Source: Eledone cirrhosa
Lineage: Eukaryota
Reading direction: 5' to 3'
DNA length: 64,000 nt
NCBI GenBank assembly: GCA_964016885.1
Contig: OZ024740.1
Location: forward strand, 339,884,001 to 339,948,000
Shown here piece after piece: positions 60,901 through 64,000 of this stretch. Made by a program: the position numbers and the translations under genes. Below the pieces are notes generated by a model. That model was not told where the DNA came from. It was given only the letters and a program-made list of their open reading frames with translations, and did no database searches. Within the stretch, counting starts at the first letter, position 1; the number at the start of each line of letters is the position of its first letter.

Positions 60901-62665
60901 ATTCTTGCAATTTACCCATGAAATACAATAAAATGACGAAAATTGAATTTATGGAATTAAGGAAAATTTTAAATGAAAAATGTGTCCCCCTACATTTTGT
61001 ACTAATTCACTTATCTCATATACTTTCACATGTGTATTCCATCTTCATGAAAAAATAAAATAAATAGCAGCCTAACAGATGGGCATTACAGATGGGCATA
61101 ATAGCTGGTGGAAATCATGCCCTTCCCTCCAACTCATCCCACTTTTGGTCCACAGTGCCTCTTTTCCAGGATGTAATGGCCCTTTTGAGTTCTTAAGTTT
61201 GAGACCTATGATTTAGGGTTTTGGGTTCACAATTGTAAAGTCATGAGTTTGATTCTAGCATAGAGGTGTATTGTGTCCTTGAACTAGGAACTTTATTTCA
61301 TGTTGCTTCAATCCATTGCTAAAAAAGATTAGTTGCAGCATCACTGGTGCCAAGCTGTGTCAGCCTTTGCTTTTCCTCTTTGACAACATTGGTGGCATGG
61401 CGAGGATAGACATGCATGAATGGGTCACTGCTGGTCTTCCACACAACACTTTGTCTAGGTTTGCTCCTTGGAGAGGAACTTTCCAGGTACAGACCCATGG
61501 TCATGACTGGCCATAGGTGTTTTTGAGGACCCTTTTGGCTTTGATGAAAGTTTGTGAATCTCTCTAGTGATTGTACTGTGATGGAATGCACCCAGCCCCA
61601 TTTGGAATTTGGTAGTGCTGGTGCAAAGATGAAATACTCCCAGCCCCATTTGGAATTTGGTAGTGCTGGTGCAATGATAGAATGCTCCCAGTCAATTCTT
61701 TAAAATGATAGTGCTGTTGCCATAATAAAATCCACCCGGTACAATCTGTAATTTGGTAGTGCTGGTGCAATGGTAAAATGCTCCCAGCCCCATTTGGAAT
61801 TTGGTAGTGCTGGTGCAATGACAAAATGCTCCCAGTCAACTCTTTAAAATGATAGTGCTGTTGCTATAATAAAATGCACCCAGTACAATCTATAAATTGG
61901 TAGTGCTGGTACCACAAAAATGCACATAGTGCATTTTGTAAAGTAGTAATGCTGATACCGCAATAAAATGCCCCCAGTACACTCTGTAAAGTGGTATTGA
62001 TGATACCACAAAAAATGAACCCAATACATTCTGTAAATTTGGAAGTGCAGGTACCATGATAAAATGCACCCAGTACACGCTACAGAGTGGTTGGTGTTAG
62101 GAAGGGCATCCAGCTGTAGAAACTATCCTAAAATATAGTACATAGGAGCAATATGCAGTTTCTCCAACCTATCTAGTCTGAGACCATGACAAACTCTCCA
62201 ACCCATGCCAGCATGCAAAGCAAATGTAAAATGATGATGATGATGATGATATGACAACCCATATATCTCTTTGTTTTTGCAGGTATCTCCATCCCAGCCA
62301 TTGATGAAATGAGTAAATTCCTCATTATCACAACTTGTACATTTGGATTTGTCTTCCTCTGTCTGGTGATCTTCATGTACCTTCAGTACCAGCGTCAGCA
62401 ACGGAAAGCTAGTAATCTCAAAGCAGCACCTACCCCAAGAAATACAACAACGAGCGTGTACGTCGCTCCGCCCCCTTTCCCTCGTGTCAAGCCAGTCAAT
62501 GGCAGTTTTGAGACACGAGACTACATGTATGTCCATGAGTATGAAGACATAGAGAATGCTTCGCAGGTATCAAAGATGCCAAACCCTAATATAGATGCAC
62601 TTTATCGAATTCCGCCACATATGCAGCGAAGACTGGCTTCCACAGAAAATATCTATGATGACTGA
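8945..62665 (+). CDS. Spliced gene (18 coding exons visible, 5' end outside window): LRP-like YWTD/EGF + GCC2/GCC3 + mucin + 2xHYR + CCP + SEA-like + TM receptor
   Basis: Exons joined by hand give one open frame of 3634 nt ending TGA at 62663-62665; every junction is GT-AG and the phases match. Confidence 0.9.
9380..9780 (+). mobile_element. tRNA-derived SINE family 2 (copies ~11953, ~23618, ~29335, ~33785, 52693-53075)
   Basis: Head GCATGGCTGTGTGGTTAAG, internal (TG)n, tail GTGCCCCAGCATGGCC...CTGAAAC.AGTAAAAGAATAAAAG shared across copies. Confidence 0.75.
9851..10047 (+). mobile_element. tRNA-derived SINE family 1, long form (many further copies in window)
   Basis: A-box TGGCGGAATCG, B-box-like GAGTTTAAATCC, core GCCTTTCATCCTT..GATAAAATAAAG.ACCAG, (ATT)n tail. 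Confidence 0.85.
11316..11525. mobile_element. piggyBac-like MITE family 2 (also 38952-39212, ~49833-50066, partials near 15130 and 34525)
   Basis: TTAA-type flanks, CCCTTTT.ATACC / GGTAACAAAAGGG ends, shared AT-rich interior. Confidence 0.7.
11707..11890 (+). CDS. Exon B: last YWTD blade (IPRGITRHGDILYYTDW...PTGLHY)
   Basis: ctccag| acceptor, CAG|gtaac donor; phase 0-1. Confidence 0.92.
14568..14704 (-). ncRNA. Degenerate type-I hammerhead motif in Penelope-like remnant
   Basis: CCATTGTTT-CTGAGGA...CT-GAAA-C-GATT-GT-G-AAACAATGG; 9-bp stem I; cleavage triplet GUG is non-functional. Confidence 0.5.
14866..15006 (+). CDS. Exon C: EGF domain (CDNAACSDECIRTP...HCSCPDTYNLVLSSDKAICK)
   Basis: ttcag| and AAG|gtaac; six-Cys EGF spacing; phase 1-1; not in the ORF track in this frame. 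Confidence 0.9.
15575..15752 (+). CDS. Exon D: start of second YWTD propeller (EPQNFLIVAD...VALDY...LFWSD)
   Basis: tttcag| and CA|gtatgt; phase 1-2. Confidence 0.9.
16698..16915 (+). mobile_element. SINE family 1 (long form), preceded by a partial copy
   Basis: Same head, core and tail as the other family 1 copies. Confidence 0.8.
17143..17379 (+). CDS. Exon E: YWTD blade (LALD...KLYWTG...LDSPRAVTIH)
   Basis: ttacag| and AA|gtaaat; phase 2-2. Confidence 0.9.
17445..17827. mobile_element. pogo/Tigger-like MITE with a nested piggyBac-like MITE
   Basis: TA|CAGTGGAAGCTGCTTATT ... AATAGGCAGCTTCCAATG|TA; TTAA-flanked insert at 17553-17779. Confidence 0.75.
18755..19161 (+). mobile_element. Two tandem SINE family 1 copies (short and long form)
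   Basis: Repeated A/B boxes and core. Confidence 0.85.
19232..19422 (+). CDS. Exon F: YWTD blades (IIFWSEYG...LQWPNSLVI...LYVADG)
   Basis: ctttag| and AAG|gtcagt; phase 2-1; translated by hand. Confidence 0.9.
20175..20495 (-). mobile_element. SINE family 3 (copies ~37970-38105 and 61210-61510)
   Basis: Shared GGTCATGAATGACCATGG..CTAGAAAGTTCCCCCTCCGAGGCACAA block; tRNA-like head. Confidence 0.65.
22680..23060 (+). pseudogene. Old RTE fragment (similar decayed pieces ~34925-35160 -, ~51280-51640 -, ~57100-57650 +)
   Basis: LHDACL..MLYGSE, ERNEASM, YGHIV, RPRKTW motifs with stops and frameshifts. Confidence 0.7.
23157..23348 (+). mobile_element. SINE family 1 (short form)
   Basis: GGTGGATTGGCAGTATCAGTAGAG head, GAGTTCAAATCC B-box, core, tail. 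Confidence 0.85.
23901..25010 (+). mobile_element. 5'-truncated second copy of the young RTE LINE
   Basis: Colinear with 3152-4371; ORF 24038-24616 differs at 7 of 192 aa; (GAT)n tail; sits in a (TA)n tract. Confidence 0.95.
25400..26430 (-). pseudogene. Decayed L1/Tx1-like reverse transcriptase fragment
   Basis: INLDQLTAF (=LDQxKAFD), GVPLSFLLY (=GCPLSPLLY), AYANDI (=AYADD), with frameshifts. Confidence 0.75.
27985..28191 (+). CDS. Exon G: last blade of second propeller (HIFGLQIYEHLLFYSRW...LTQPTAIVVHHP)
   Basis: ttcag| and G|gtaagt; phase 1-1; translated by hand. Confidence 0.9.
29152..29288. repeat. Fold-back element in a (TA)n tract
   Basis: ATATTTGAAAAAAAGGAAAAGAATGACTTCACT is mirrored at ~29256-29288, plus an inner inverted pair. 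Confidence 0.85.
30540..31575. repeat. Compound (CAA/CAC/CAG)n array with 80-bp and 39-bp higher-order units
   Basis: CACTAGCAGT recurs at 30891, 30971, 31051, 31144 and 31232; 39-nt units at ~31410-31550. Confidence 0.9.
31626..31745 (+). CDS. Exon H: EGF domain (CNTDKNDCKGMCVPVPHNYHCTCDPGYQLTDEKC)
   Basis: tttcag| and T|gtaagt; six Cys; phase 1-1. Confidence 0.92.
31797..32024. repeat. Hairpin formed by two inverted RTE-type 3' tails
   Basis: (CAT)n-CACCGTTTTA..CCATGCTAGCATGGGTTAGAC mirrored by GTCTAACCCATGCTAG..TAAAACGGTG-(ATG)n. Confidence 0.85.
32517..32700 (+). mobile_element. SINE family 1, CpG-rich young copy
   Basis: Intact head and core with CpGs retained. Confidence 0.85.
33158..33301 (+). 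CDS. Exon I: EGF domain (CPEGCPDHAFC...YECVCAAGFHGNGEVC)
   Basis: ttttcag| and G|gtattt; phase 1-1. Confidence 0.92.
35377..35481. repeat. 13-bp minisatellite (CAGTCACATTGAC)n
   Basis: About 8 degenerate tandem units. Confidence 0.85.
36835..36981 (+). CDS. Exon J: GCC2/GCC3 (ephrin-receptor-like) Cys-rich repeat (CPNNTYKSDIGNSSCLPCP)
   Basis: ttgcag| and G|gtaaat; phase 1-1. Confidence 0.88.
37614..37809. mobile_element. mariner-like MITE (partial relative at ~22267-22333)
   Basis: TA flanks; TIR ..GGCTGAAAAGTTCATA / TATGAACTTTTCAGCC.. Confidence 0.75.
38714..38872 (+). CDS. Exon K: Ser/Thr-rich mucin-like stalk
   Basis: tgccag| after a long pyrimidine tract, G|gttagc donor; 159 nt, phase 1-1, open frame. 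Confidence 0.78.
39500..39862. repeat. ~52-bp minisatellite
   Basis: CACCCAAATCACT..TATCACACATCATACTG recurs about every 52 nt. Confidence 0.85.
40700..42075 (+). mobile_element. Decayed 5'-truncated R4/Dong LINE
   Basis: RMHHPKVDVRRLYLPQKEGG, CRLC..ESIDHIVADC knuckle, REL-endonuclease remnants; ends at (TAA)n. Confidence 0.85.
42099..42284 (-). mobile_element. SINE family 1 (short form) between two Dong elements
   Basis: Reverse complement of the family consensus, CpGs intact. Confidence 0.88.
42304..45255 (+). mobile_element. R4/Dong-clade LINE, apparently 5'-complete, frameshifted, with RT core deleted
   Basis: KSPGPDG, HLLFMDD, CRIC..H...C knuckle, RHD, RPDLVV, DVACP, EKINRY (restriction-like endonuclease); (TAA)n on both sides. 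Confidence 0.92.
45735..46200 (-). pseudogene. R4/Dong-like knuckle/endonuclease fragment
   Basis: CLC..ETLHHII and IDIAIP..K...YTDL..E motifs on the minus strand. Confidence 0.6.
46250..47760 (+). mobile_element. Cluster of SINE family 1 copies (best: 47342-47530 and 47541-47758)
   Basis: Multiple heads and cores separated by (ATT)n tails. Confidence 0.8.
49233..49685 (-). mobile_element. Two tandem antisense SINE family 1 copies
   Basis: Reverse complement of the family consensus. Confidence 0.82.
51041..51205. mobile_element. hAT-type MITE
   Basis: TIR CAGTACCGGATTTA / TAAATCCAGCACTG; 8-bp TSD CTAATAGG / CTAATATG. Confidence 0.8.
51867..52130 (+). CDS. Exon L: HYR domain 1 (PKFGNCP...VTWSATD...FTAVD...AVCEFYVIV)
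   Basis: ttacag| and AAG|gtaaga; phase 1-1. Confidence 0.9.
53433..53672 (+). CDS. Exon M: HYR domain 2 (DREAPHFTYCP...VVWPTPVAEDN...YTAIDKTGNNATCNFSVTI)
   Basis: tttcag| and CAG|gtatga; canonical HYR motifs; phase 1-1. Confidence 0.93.
54791..54960 (-). mobile_element. Penelope-like pseudo-LTR remnant with inverted partial duplication, inside (TA)n
   Basis: (TA)n on both sides; inverted repeat ~54865-54901 vs ~54927-54963; contains a hammerhead motif; family assignment is inference. Confidence 0.6.
54875..54923 (-). ncRNA. Type-I hammerhead ribozyme motif
   Basis: GAUUC-CUGAUGA-U-UUC-AAAU-GAA-U-GAAA-CAG-UUCUAGUC-CUG-UA^GAAUC: full core with stems I and III paired. Confidence 0.75.
55687..56016. 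mobile_element. hAT (Charlie-like) MITE
   Basis: Perfect 8-bp TSD TTCTAAAG (55679-55686, 56017-56024); TIR CAGAGGTTGTCAAAC / CTTTGAGAACCTCTG. Confidence 0.9.
56086..56289 (+). CDS. Exon N: divergent CCP/sushi-like domain (CNLPKITNGRFVC...CYITCESKF)
   Basis: ttacag| and A|gtaagt; phase 1-1. Confidence 0.85.
58289..58541 (+). CDS. Exon O: Cys-containing SEA-like region with RYKR site
   Basis: aaatag| and GT|gtaagt; phase 1-2; open frame translated by hand (differs from the ORF-track frame). Confidence 0.85.
58985..59760 (+). mobile_element. Head-to-tail array of four SINE family 1 copies
   Basis: Units at ~58985, 59156, 59360 and 59560, each ending GCTG.CCTTGTG...AGAAAC. Confidence 0.88.
59813..60000 (+). 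CDS. Exon P: continuation leading into Cys-rich repeat (WQCKSGEMLQDEYC)
   Basis: tcacag| and A|gtaagt; phase 2-1 matches both neighbours. Confidence 0.87.
60201..60353 (+). CDS. Exon Q: GCC2/GCC3 repeat (PCPPGS...CTVGFYQEQEGQTNCKICP...GATSLDYC)
   Basis: tctcag| and T|gtaagt; phase 1-1. Confidence 0.92.
60400..60560. repeat. ~32-bp minisatellite (TATCTATCTCCCCTTTACTCTATCTATATCAA)n
   Basis: About 4 tandem units. Confidence 0.85.
61205..62250 (+). mobile_element. Composite SINE: tRNA-like head + ~45-bp internal tandem array + RTE-derived tail
   Basis: Repeats of GGTAGTGCTGGTGCAA..AAAATGC.CCCAG at 61585-62085; 36 nt identical to the RTE 3' UTR; (ATG)n tail. Confidence 0.75.
62283..62665 (+). 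CDS. Exon R: transmembrane helix and cytoplasmic tail, stop codon
   Basis: ttgcag| acceptor; hydrophobic FLIITTCTFGFVFLCLVIFMYL followed by basic QRQQRK; TGA at 62663. Confidence 0.92.
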
Positions 62666-62750
62666 AGAGAGTTAACCATGCTCATTTGCATATATTACAT
62701 CCATACCTAACAATTTGAATAATTGTATACACATACATTCATACATATAC

Positions 62751-62831
<81 letters not shown>

Positions 62832-63395
62832 GAGAGACATATGTACACATGTATACATGCACATACACACAAACAGACAGACAGAAATGCATGCACTTAC
62901 ATACACACATACACATATGCCTATGGAAAAGATTATAATGAAAAATGGAGTGATGATTTGAAGCAAAGAATCTTTCTCGGAAAACTTGTATATTTGTTTG
63001 TGGCCTTCCGCTGGCAATCATAATATAATGCTGTTTTAATGTCAGATATGGGACACTGCTTATCAGTGTATGTGTATGTGTTTGTGCGTATGTGTGTGTA
63101 TGTGTGTGTATGGATGGGTGTGTATGTGTGTATGATTATAAAAGGATGTACCTGGCTTCAAAGGAGTTACTACTGCATTAAAGCTTCACCTCTTGTACAA
63201 TAATTACTCTTTATTTCTCATCTCTTTGCCATGAGTGGAATCTGAAGGAATTAGGAAAGAAAAAAAAAGAGACTTTGTAGACGAAAAAGAAATTCAAAGA
63301 CATTTTTATCCTAAACTTATTTTAATTATTGAGATATCTTCTTATTTCTATATCTCTCTCCCTCTCTCTATTTGTCTCTCTATGTCTGTCTCTGA

Positions 63396-63403
<8 letters not shown>

Positions 63404-63440
<37 letters not shown>

Positions 63441-63461
63441 TATACATATATATATATATAC

Positions 63462-63492
<31 letters not shown>

Positions 63493-63517
63493 CATATATA
63501 TACATATATATATATAC

Positions 63518-63610
<93 letters not shown>

Positions 63611-63623
63611 GATGTATATATAT

Positions 63624-63654
<31 letters not shown>

Positions 63655-63678
63655 TGCCTGTATATATACACATATATG

Positions 63679-63723
<45 letters not shown>

Positions 63724-63779
63724 ATATATATACATATATACATACATATATATATATATGCCTGTATATATACACATAT

Positions 63780-63836
<57 letters not shown>

Positions 63837-63945
63837 CATGTACATATATATATATATACACATGCACACACATATGTAACATATATACACATTCACACAC
63901 ACATATACATATATAAATATGTGTGTGTGTGTGTGTGTGTGTCTG
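63404..63945. repeat. Long (TA)n/(TACA)/(TG)n microsatellite; others at 204-320, 6645-6710, 40360-40470, 50385-50555, 62730-62830
   Basis: Direct inspection. Confidence 0.95.
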
Positions 63946-64000
63946 TGTAATTACTATATATATTCGTGCATAATGCACACTACTTTTCATGAAAGAGAAA

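Noticed and set aside
63177-63182. ATTAAA as the poly(A) signal of the gene
   Set aside because: Expected by chance in AT-rich DNA; cannot be supported without 3'-end data
62672-63990. Long YI-repeat ORFs
   Set aside because: (TA)n microsatellite with no stops

Overview
AT-rich, microsatellite-laden animal genomic DNA. The SINE/LINE repertoire points to an octopus (inference). The + strand carries the 3' part of one large multi-exon gene: 18 coding exons from 8945 to the stop at 62665, all GT-AG with consistent phases, about 1210 aa visible; the start lies upstream of the window. Spliced together they encode an unusual type-I membrane protein: YWTD propeller (partial)-EGF-YWTD propeller-EGF-EGF-GCC2/GCC3-Ser/Thr stalk-HYR-HYR-CCP-like-SEA-like region with an RYKR furin site-GCC2/GCC3-TM-Tyr-rich tail without NPxY. 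This is an LRP-like N-half joined to an SVEP1/Uninflatable-like C-half. The introns contain two young RTE LINE copies with a PHD-like finger, several R4/Dong LINEs in (TAA)n, a decayed L1/Tx1, a non-autonomous Helitron, hAT, piggyBac and Tc1-mariner MITEs, dozens of tRNA-derived SINEs, several long fold-backs, and Penelope-like remnants in (TA)n tracts. One of these remnants holds a near-canonical type-I hammerhead ribozyme. Transposon boundaries without target-site duplications are approximate. No database search was possible.
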